Below, in pieces: positions 1 to 6,373 of a stretch of DNA of 44,396 bases. Position 1 is the stretch's first letter; every line of letters starts with the position of its first letter. This DNA is from an uncultured Clostridia bacterium (lineage in GTDB: Bacteria; Bacillota; Clostridia; Oscillospirales; Acutalibacteraceae), in contig CALBKQ010000082.1 in assembly GCA_937895645.1 (NCBI GenBank), positions 1 through 44,396 on the forward strand, given 5' to 3'. Below the pieces are notes generated by a model that did no database searches, had not been told where the DNA came from, and was given only the letters and a program-made list of their open reading frames with translations. Made by a program: the position numbers and the translations under genes.

Positions 1-751
1 CGGGATAAATTGAGCCGTCAAAAATACCTGTGCAAAGACCTTTAAGGATTTCTTCTTGTGTAAATGCTTCACCTTCAAAGAATTTTTCCATAAGTTCATC
101 ATCAGTTGTAGCAACAGCTTCCATAAATGCTGATGTCATTTCTTCGATGATTGGGTCGTTAGGCATAGCAACTTTTGTTGCCTTGCCTTCTGCATCATAT
201 TCATAAGCCATACCTGTAAGAAGGTTTACATAAGACTTTGTAATGTTGCCCTCCATATAAGGAATAATTGCAGGGCAAAGCTTGTTACCATAAACTTCTT
301 TAAGCGCTTCAAATGTTTTGTAGAAACTTCTGTGGTCAGAGTCAGTCTTTGTAATAGCAAAGAATTTTGCAAGACCACGTTTTTCAGCTGCCTTGAATGC
401 TTTTTCTGTACCAACGTCAACGCCTGAACCTGCACTTGTAACAATAAGAACTGCTTCTGCTGCTCTAACTGCTTCTGCTGCACCATTTTCAAAGTCAAAA
501 AGACCGGGAGCATCTATAATATTTAACTTTGTGTTATCCCATTCAATAGCTGCCATAGCAGATGAAACAGATGACTTTCTTCTCTTTTCTTCTGCGTCGA
601 AGTCAAGAACTGTGTTGCCGTCAGCTACTTTACCAAGTCTGTCAGTAGCACCTGCTACATAAAGCATTGCTTCACAAAGTGTAGTCTTTCCTTTTCCGCC
701 GTGACCAAGCACAGCAATATTTCTGATGTTGTTTGAGGTGTATGCTTTCAT
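1..751 (-). CDS. Translational GTPase of the EF-G/TetM-like family, N-terminal part (partial; runs off the window start)
   Basis: Minus-strand translation from the ATG (cat at 749-751) reads MKAYTSNNIRNIAVLGHGGKGKTTLCEAMLYVAGATDRLGKV...NIIDAPGLFDF, with the GxxxxGKT P-loop and DxPG motifs of EF-G-like GTPases. A GGGAGG RBS lies at 760-765 on the minus strand. The ORF is absent from the ORF track because no stop codon lies in the window. Confidence 0.85.
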   Translation of the reverse strand, partial: MKAYTSNNIRNIAVLGHGGKGKTTLCEAMLYVAGATDRLGKVADGNTVLDFDAEEKRRKSSVSSAMAAIEWDNTKLNIIDAPGLFDFENGAAEAVRAAEAVLIVTSAGSGVDVGTEKAFKAAEKRGLAKFFAITKTDSDHRSFYKTFEALKEVYGNKLCPAIIPYMEGNITKSYVNLLTGMAYEYDAEGKATKVAMPNDPIIEEMTSAFMEAVATTDDELMEKFFEGEAFTQEEILKGLCTGIFDGSIYP

Positions 752-909
752 AAAGCGCGCCTCCCTTTCCCTAAGATACCTATTTATGTGAAAAATATAT
801 AGAATTTTTCAACAGTTTAATGGAATTATAGCATAATTGCCCAAACAATGCAACTATGTTTTCGTAAGTTTTTCAAGATATTTTCAATTATATATATGAC
901 GGTTTTCTG

Positions 910-938
910 TTGATTTTTTAAGTTTATGAATGTATAAT
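910..938 (+). promoter_or_regulatory. Candidate SigA-type promoter for murD (TTGATT-17-TATAAT)
   Basis: TTGATT at 910-915, a 17-nt spacer, then TATAAT at 933-938, about 25 nt upstream of the murD start. Confidence 0.4.
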
Positions 939-960
939 CATTATATATGCGTTTTAGGAG

Positions 961-2256
961 ATGAAGAAAACTATGTTGCCTCCAATTATTGAATTTTTGA
1001 AAGACAAAAAAGTTCTTATTCTTGGCTTCGGACGAGAGGGAAAAAGCACATACAATTATATTAGGAAATATTTGCCAGAAAAAATACTTGCAATCGGTGA
1101 CGGCAGAGAGCAGAAAATAGACGATAATAATGTTGAGTATTTTTGCGGTGAAGATTATCTTTCACATATCGGTGAATTTCAAGTTGTTATGAAAAGCCCT
1201 GGTATTTCTTTTGTGAATGTAGATGTGCCAGAAAATACTTATGTTACTTGTCAGACAGATTTGTTCTTGCAATTTGCACCTTGCAAGAAAATCGGTGTAA
1301 CAGGTTCAAAAGGTAAAACTACAACTTCAACTCTTACATACAAAATGCTTTGTGCGGGTGGAGTGGATTGTGAGCTTATGGGCAATATGGGACTTCCCGT
1401 ACTTGATTACATTGAAGAAATGACTGAAGATAAAATCGCAGTTATTGAAATGTCATCACATCAACTTGAATTCACAAGAAATTCACCAGATGTTTCAATT
1501 CTTACGAATATATATGAAGAACACCTTGAACACTACAAGGGCGGAATGACAGGTTATGTGAATGCAAAACTTAACATTGTCCGTCATCAGAATGAAAACG
1601 ATATGTTTATATATAACGGCACACAAGGTTTAGCACCTTACCTTGATTTAAGCACCGTTAAATCAAAGGCTGTTGCAGTAGAAAAAGACGCATATTTACC
1701 ATTTGAGATTGATAATATTCATCTTGCAGGCGAACATAATCGTCACGACGTGCTTTATGCTTTCGCTGCTGCATCAAAGTTTGGCGTAAGTGCCGAAGAT
1801 GCGAAAAAAGCTATCGACGATTTTGAGGGTATTGAGCATCGAATGGAAAATGTGGGTACATATAAAGGCGTTACATTCTATAATGACTGTATTGCTACAA
1901 TCCCACATGCAGTTATGTGCGCTGTTAATGCAATCAAGGCAAATACACTTATAATCGGTGGCAAGGACAGAGGAATTGACTATACTGATTTTGCAGTTGA
2001 CCTTGAAAACAGTGATTTGAGTGTTATTATCGGCACAAAAACAACAGGACATAAAATTATTGATATGATGCTCTCAAATGGTACTGCTAAAAAACTTATA
2101 AAAGCAGAAAATCTTGAAGAGGCAGTAAAAGAGGCGTATAAAAATACAAAAGGGATTTGTATTCTTTCACCTGCTGCGTCAAGTTATAATGAATACAAGA
2201 ATTTTGAAGAAAAGGGAAGACATTATAAAGAACTGATTAAGAAATATGGTGAATAA
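961..2256 (+). CDS. murD: UDP-N-acetylmuramoyl-L-alanine--D-glutamate ligase
   Basis: Mur ligase motifs are present: KVLILGFGREGKS (N-terminal Rossmann-like), GVTGSKGKTTTSTL (P-loop), and a C-terminal ...SPAASSYNEYKNFEEKGRHYKELI typical of MurD. The start is uncertain: AGGAG abuts the ATG at 961, so the ATG at 973 is an alternative. Confidence 0.92.
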   Translation: MKKTMLPPIIEFLKDKKVLILGFGREGKSTYNYIRKYLPEKILAIGDGREQKIDDNNVEYFCGEDYLSHIGEFQVVMKSPGISFVNVDVPENTYVTCQTDLFLQFAPCKKIGVTGSKGKTTTSTLTYKMLCAGGVDCELMGNMGLPVLDYIEEMTEDKIAVIEMSSHQLEFTRNSPDVSILTNIYEEHLEHYKGGMTGYVNAKLNIVRHQNENDMFIYNGTQGLAPYLDLSTVKSKAVAVEKDAYLPFEIDNIHLAGEHNRHDVLYAFAAASKFGVSAEDAKKAIDDFEGIEHRMENVGTYKGVTFYNDCIATIPHAVMCAVNAIKANTLIIGGKDRGIDYTDFAVDLENSDLSVIIGTKTTGHKIIDMMLSNGTAKKLIKAENLEEAVKEAYKNTKGICILSPAASSYNEYKNFEEKGRHYKELIKKYGE

Positions 2257-2257
2257 T

Positions 2258-2803
2258 ATGGACTTAACAGAAAAACAAGTAAATTATGAATACAAGTTTC
2301 AGGGTAAAATTGTAAATCTTCGTGTTGATGATGCACTTCTTCCAAACGGTGCAATAGCAAAGCGTGAAATTGTTGAACATAATGGCGGTGTTTGCGTAGC
2401 GCCTCTTGATAATGATTACAATTTGTATTTTGTAAAACAGTTCCGTTATCCTTATATGGAAATTGTCACCGAACTTCCTGCAGGTAAACTTGAAAAGGGT
2501 GAAGACCCATTTGAAGCAGGCAAACGTGAACTTAAAGAAGAAACAGGCGCAGTTGCAAATAAATATATAAGTTTAGGCAAACTTTACCCTACACCGGGTT
2601 ACTGTGGTGAAATTATACATATGTACCTTGCAACAGAACTTGAATTTGGTGAACAAAGCCCTGACGAAGACGAGTTTTTAGAAGTTTATAAAATTTCCTT
2701 GGAAAAAGCAGTAGAAATGGTTATGAACGGCGAACTTCCTGACAGTAAAACTCAGACTATGATATTGAAAATCAATCAACTTAAAAATGAGGGTAAAATA
2801 TGA
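2258..2803 (+). CDS. Nudix hydrolase, ADP-ribose pyrophosphatase-like
   Basis: Nudix box GKLEKGEDPFEAGKRELKEETG. The ORF-track start is 2246, which overlaps the murD stop; the ATG at 2258 follows a GGTGA and lies 1 nt after the murD stop. Confidence 0.82.
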   Translation: MDLTEKQVNYEYKFQGKIVNLRVDDALLPNGAIAKREIVEHNGGVCVAPLDNDYNLYFVKQFRYPYMEIVTELPAGKLEKGEDPFEAGKRELKEETGAVANKYISLGKLYPTPGYCGEIIHMYLATELEFGEQSPDEDEFLEVYKISLEKAVEMVMNGELPDSKTQTMILKINQLKNEGKI

Positions 2804-3363
2804 AGTTAGTTCTTGCATCAAAATCACCTAGAAGAAGTGAAATACTTAAAAATGCAGGGTATGAGTTTACCGTGCGTGTTGCTGATGCTGATGAAACAAT
2901 CCCTGAGGGCACAAAACCTGAAAATGCAGTTGTATTTCTTGCAGCGCGAAAGGCCATGGCAGTAGACCGTGCAGATGATGAAACTGTGCTTGGTGCTGAT
3001 ACAATAGTTGTGCTTGATAATAAAATACTTGGCAAACCCCGTGACCGTGAAGATGCTTTTAATATGCTTAAAAGTCTTTCGGGCAGAGTTCACTCTGTGT
3101 TTACGGGTGTGTGCATAATTGAAAAGGGTAAATCAATGACATTCTCGGAAGAAACTCAAGTTGAGTTTTTGTCACTTACTGACGAGGAAATTTATGAGTA
3201 TATAGATACAAGTGATTGTTATGACAAGGCTGGGGCATACGGAATTCAGGGGTATGCTTCAAAGTTTGTTCGTCGCATAAATGGAGACTATTTTAATGTG
3301 GTAGGGTTGCCCATAAGTGCAATTTTTGAAAAGTTTTTCAAAAAACAAAAAAATAATGATTGA
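2800..3363 (+). CDS. maf: Maf-family nucleoside triphosphate pyrophosphatase (septum formation protein Maf)
   Basis: N-terminus MKLVLASKSPRRSEIL and ...GADTIVVLDNKILGKP...DKAGAYGIQG are classic Maf signatures. A GAGGG RBS is present, and the start overlaps the preceding gene by 4 nt. Confidence 0.9.
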   Translation: MKLVLASKSPRRSEILKNAGYEFTVRVADADETIPEGTKPENAVVFLAARKAMAVDRADDETVLGADTIVVLDNKILGKPRDREDAFNMLKSLSGRVHSVFTGVCIIEKGKSMTFSEETQVEFLSLTDEEIYEYIDTSDCYDKAGAYGIQGYASKFVRRINGDYFNVVGLPISAIFEKFFKKQKNND

Positions 3364-3409
3364 CTTTTTGCAAAATTTGTTGTAAATTTAGTATGTATAT
3401 GAATACATA
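3360..3409 (+). promoter_or_regulatory. Candidate promoter (TTGACT-17-TAAATT) followed 3 nt later by the 18-bp dyad TATGTATATGAATACATA
   Basis: TTGACT 3360-3365, spacer 17, TAAATT 3383-3388, dyad 3392-3409 (ATGT-N8-ACAT core). The same geometry occurs at 5672-5721. Confidence 0.45.
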
Positions 3410-3431
3410 TCATTGAAAGGGGAACCTAAAA

Positions 3432-4430
3432 ATGGCTAAAAAGGTTTTAACACCCGAAGAATTTCAGGCTAAATTAGAAAAAAAGACAGCTAAAAGAAAT
3501 CTCTTCTTCGGAACATTTACAAAAGCATTAGCATTCTTCCTTGCTATTGCAATCGCATGGTCACTTGCAGCAATTGCATTCACACCGGTTGGTAGTGGTA
3601 CAGTTGTTAACGGTGGCGCTCAGACACCGTCAGGCAACACAAACAATACAAGCACACCAAGTGGCGACACAAATACACCAAGTGGTGACACAAACACACC
3701 ATCAGGTGACACAAATGTACCAAGTGGTGATACAAACGCACCAAGTGGTGATACAGGTGTAACAGCAGCAGATGCAGCAAAAGCACTTAATGATGCAACA
3801 GCAAAAGCATCTAAAGCAACATACAAATGGACAAGAAGCGGTAAGTTTACAGAAGATGTTGACGTTGGTGCTCTTACAGGTGCTCTTAATGCTATTATCA
3901 GTGGCGTAGTTAAGAATAACGACTACCCAGGTGACGACCACTACACAGTTAACGAAGTTGTTGGTGGATTCCTTGGTATTAAAGACCAGTCAGCAACATT
4001 CACAAACGGCAAGTCTGCAGATTTGAATGATAAAGATAACAATAAGTATAAGCTTAAGGCAATGGCACTTACAGCAAACGATATTGCAAATGTTAGCGTA
4101 AGTGGAAATACATATACTATTAAGATTAAAGATACAAATACTCCAGATGCTAATAGCGCTTGGGCACATGCTTCAAACGACTATATCACAGTTGACGAAG
4201 TTAATGCAGAAATTGCAAGTGCAGTAGGCGATAAAGTAAAAGTTCAGAAGGATGGCACATCTGCGAACTATACAAACATCAATATTGTAGCGGTTATTGA
4301 AAATGGAAAACTCACAAGTTTGAAATATTCATATGATATGAAAGCAACACTTGTAATTAAAGTTGCTATTACTGCAACAGGTACAGGCGCAGGTCATATG
4401 GAAGCTACATATTCTGATTTCAAATATTAA
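3432..4430 (+). CDS. Membrane-anchored surface protein with five PSGDTN-type heptad repeats (paralog 1), function unknown
   Basis: AAAGGGGA RBS. The basic N-terminus is followed by one hydrophobic helix (FTKALAFFLAIAIAWSLAAIAF), then Thr/Pro/Ser/Gly/Asp/Asn repeats and a C-terminal domain of about 230 aa. The C-terminal 259 aa are identical to those of ORF 4462-5466. Confidence 0.8.
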   Translation: MAKKVLTPEEFQAKLEKKTAKRNLFFGTFTKALAFFLAIAIAWSLAAIAFTPVGSGTVVNGGAQTPSGNTNNTSTPSGDTNTPSGDTNTPSGDTNVPSGDTNAPSGDTGVTAADAAKALNDATAKASKATYKWTRSGKFTEDVDVGALTGALNAIISGVVKNNDYPGDDHYTVNEVVGGFLGIKDQSATFTNGKSADLNDKDNNKYKLKAMALTANDIANVSVSGNTYTIKIKDTNTPDANSAWAHASNDYITVDEVNAEIASAVGDKVKVQKDGTSANYTNINIVAVIENGKLTSLKYSYDMKATLVIKVAITATGTGAGHMEATYSDFKY

Positions 4431-4437
4431 TTCGTAT
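3648..4437. repeat. Copy 1 of a 790-bp perfect direct repeat (offset 1036 bp)
   Basis: Base-for-base identity with 4684-5473. Identity starts at aca-agc-aca-cca and ends 7 nt after the stop codon (taattcgtat). Confidence 0.9.
3654..3758 (+). repeat. Five in-frame 21-nt tandem repeats encoding (T/V/A)PSGDT(N/G); the same array recurs at 4690-4794
   Basis: aca cca agt ggc gac aca aat and close variants repeated five times. Confidence 0.9.
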
Positions 4438-4461
4438 GAATAGCGAAAGGAGATAATCGAC

Positions 4462-5466
4462 ATGGCAAAGAAACCTTTAACTCCAGAACAGGCAGAAATA
4501 AAGGCAATGAAAAAAGCAAAGAAGAGCGAAAACTGGACTAAGTTTTGGGCTATTCTTCTTGCAGCAACTCTTACATTCGCAGTTGTTAGCATGGGTAAAA
4601 CAGCAGCAGAAGATGCTATTGAAAAAGCAAAAGAACAGAATCAGACACAGAACGTAGATTCAAACAATACAACAAACAACAACACAAGCACACCAAGTGG
4701 CGACACAAATACACCAAGTGGTGACACAAACACACCATCAGGTGACACAAATGTACCAAGTGGTGATACAAACGCACCAAGTGGTGATACAGGTGTAACA
4801 GCAGCAGATGCAGCAAAAGCACTTAATGATGCAACAGCAAAAGCATCTAAAGCAACATACAAATGGACAAGAAGCGGTAAGTTTACAGAAGATGTTGACG
4901 TTGGTGCTCTTACAGGTGCTCTTAATGCTATTATCAGTGGCGTAGTTAAGAATAACGACTACCCAGGTGACGACCACTACACAGTTAACGAAGTTGTTGG
5001 TGGATTCCTTGGTATTAAAGACCAGTCAGCAACATTCACAAACGGCAAGTCTGCAGATTTGAATGATAAAGATAACAATAAGTATAAGCTTAAGGCAATG
5101 GCACTTACAGCAAACGATATTGCAAATGTTAGCGTAAGTGGAAATACATATACTATTAAGATTAAAGATACAAATACTCCAGATGCTAATAGCGCTTGGG
5201 CACATGCTTCAAACGACTATATCACAGTTGACGAAGTTAATGCAGAAATTGCAAGTGCAGTAGGCGATAAAGTAAAAGTTCAGAAGGATGGCACATCTGC
5301 GAACTATACAAACATCAATATTGTAGCGGTTATTGAAAATGGAAAACTCACAAGTTTGAAATATTCATATGATATGAAAGCAACACTTGTAATTAAAGTT
5401 GCTATTACTGCAACAGGTACAGGCGCAGGTCATATGGAAGCTACATATTCTGATTTCAAATATTAA
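4462..5466 (+). CDS. Membrane-anchored surface protein with PSGDTN-type repeats (paralog 2), function unknown
   Basis: AAAGGAG RBS. It has a different N-terminal cytoplasmic/TM segment (WAILLAATLTFAVVSM) and an extra polar spacer; from TSTPSGDTN onward it is identical to paralog 1. Confidence 0.8.
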   Translation: MAKKPLTPEQAEIKAMKKAKKSENWTKFWAILLAATLTFAVVSMGKTAAEDAIEKAKEQNQTQNVDSNNTTNNNTSTPSGDTNTPSGDTNTPSGDTNVPSGDTNAPSGDTGVTAADAAKALNDATAKASKATYKWTRSGKFTEDVDVGALTGALNAIISGVVKNNDYPGDDHYTVNEVVGGFLGIKDQSATFTNGKSADLNDKDNNKYKLKAMALTANDIANVSVSGNTYTIKIKDTNTPDANSAWAHASNDYITVDEVNAEIASAVGDKVKVQKDGTSANYTNINIVAVIENGKLTSLKYSYDMKATLVIKVAITATGTGAGHMEATYSDFKY

Positions 5467-5473
5467 TTCGTAT
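4684..5473. repeat. Copy 2 of the 790-bp perfect direct repeat
   Basis: Identical to 3648-4437. Even the spurious antisense ORFs in the track (79 aa, and most of the 68/73-aa pair) are the same in both copies. Confidence 0.9.
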
Positions 5474-5491
5474 AATTGAAATTAAAATTAA

Positions 5492-5522
5492 TCCCTTGAC
5501 GAATTTCGTCAAGGGATTTTTG
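5492..5522 (+). terminator. Rho-independent terminator after the duplicated surface-protein genes
   Basis: TCCCTTGACGAA-at-TTCGTCAAGGGA hairpin followed by TTTTT. Confidence 0.8.
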
Positions 5523-5671
5523 TGCATTTTGAGTAAAATCAAAAAGGTAGTTTTTGGGTTTTTACAGATGCGAATTGTGTTAAAAAAATAACAACCAAAT
5601 TATGTCAAAAACTGTATGCAAAATAGCCAAAATGCACGTTGTAATTTGTACGCGAAAATGTAAAAAAAAAG

Positions 5672-5721
5672 TTGATTTTATTGAGTTTTCATAGTAAAAT
5701 AATTATGTGTAATTATACATA
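5672..5721 (+). promoter_or_regulatory. Candidate promoter of the pilus operon (TTGATT-17-TAAAAT) followed 3 nt later by the 18-bp dyad TATGTGTAATTATACATA
   Basis: TTGATT 5672-5677, spacer 17, TAAAAT 5695-5700, dyad 5704-5721 (ATGT-N8-ACAT core). The 5-prime UTR to the ATG at 5815 is about 105-110 nt. Confidence 0.5.
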
Positions 5722-5814
5722 TTGGGGAGTAGTCTACTCTTTTTCAAAATATGTATAAAATTTTCGACAACCACTATATATTGTGTTTATTATCGTCTAG
5801 GAGGCTGTTTTATA

Positions 5815-6318
5815 ATGAATATGGACATTAAAGACTTAATCGCTAAGCTTAAAGGTAATAGCGGCGGAAATAAAAGGGGTAGGGGATTAACCGGATTCTT
5901 TGAGAAAAACCCTAAAATGAAAGTTATTATTCCTGCAATCAGTTTGGGAATTTCAGTTCTTGTAGCACTCGTTATCATTTTCACAACAGGAACAATTGAG
6001 ATTGACAACACTCCTGTAGGTGGCAACAATTCAGGCTCACAAGTGGATGTGCTTCCACAGGATGTAAGAAATTACGAAGATATTGAAGTGCTTGGCGACG
6101 ATGTTTTTGATGATGTTGCTCTTGCAAATGCAAAGGTTACAGCAATTATCGTAAACTCTGACGGTTATTATACAGCAACAGTTGAAGCAGACAATCAGTC
6201 TTACCCACATCTTCAGGTTGGTGATTATGTAGGCACATCTTCATGGCTCGTTGAAGACATAACAGACGAATGTGTTATTGTGGCACTTGGCGAAAAGAAA
6301 ATTCAGCTTACATACTAA
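5815..6318 (+). CDS. Single-pass membrane protein with a C-terminal PilP/GspC-HR-like beta domain (pilus assembly accessory)
   Basis: A TAGGAGG RBS lies 6 nt upstream of the ATG at 5815; the ORF-track start at 5722 is an unlikely extension. The TM segment is VIIPAISLGISVLVALVIIF. The C-terminal sequence VTAIIVNSDGYYTATVEADNQSYPHLQVGDYVGTSSWLVEDITDECVIVALGEKKIQL fits the GspC HR / PilP pattern (A-I-I, VGD-x-V/G, V-x-x-I, V-x-L). Confidence 0.55.
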   Translation: MNMDIKDLIAKLKGNSGGNKRGRGLTGFFEKNPKMKVIIPAISLGISVLVALVIIFTTGTIEIDNTPVGGNNSGSQVDVLPQDVRNYEDIEVLGDDVFDDVALANAKVTAIIVNSDGYYTATVEADNQSYPHLQVGDYVGTSSWLVEDITDECVIVALGEKKIQLTY

Positions 6319-6373
6319 TTCAAATCGGTAATTATTTTAATTTACATATAAAAGTTTTTAGGGGGAACTAAAA

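Noticed and set aside
226-662. ORF-track entries 226-513 (minus strand) and 393-662 (plus strand)
   Set aside because: They lie in the wrong frame or on the wrong strand inside the clearly recognisable EF-G-like gene (minus strand, 1-751). Both have low-complexity, Leu/Gln-rich or Ala/Ser-rich translations typical of shadow ORFs.
3541-4977. Repeated small ORFs on both strands (3541-3762, 3620-3826, 3702-3941, 4616-4822, 4641-4862, 4738-4977)
   Set aside because: They are out-of-frame or antisense readings of the PSGDTN repeat DNA. They are duplicated only because the underlying 790-bp block is duplicated, and their Cys/Val/His-rich low-complexity translations are not credible proteins.
5722-5814. 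N-terminal extension (MGSSLLFFKICIKF...) of the first pilus-operon ORF
   Set aside because: It uses a non-ATG start with no RBS, and the sequence is AT-rich leader. A TAGGAGG lies 6 nt before the ATG at 5815, which gives a sensible start.
5523-5814. c-di-GMP or other riboswitch in the long region upstream of the pilus operon (as known for some clostridial T4P genes)
   Set aside because: The region is almost entirely A/T. It has no GC-supported helices or conserved riboswitch cores that I can recognise. Only short palindromes, treated as operator candidates, are present.
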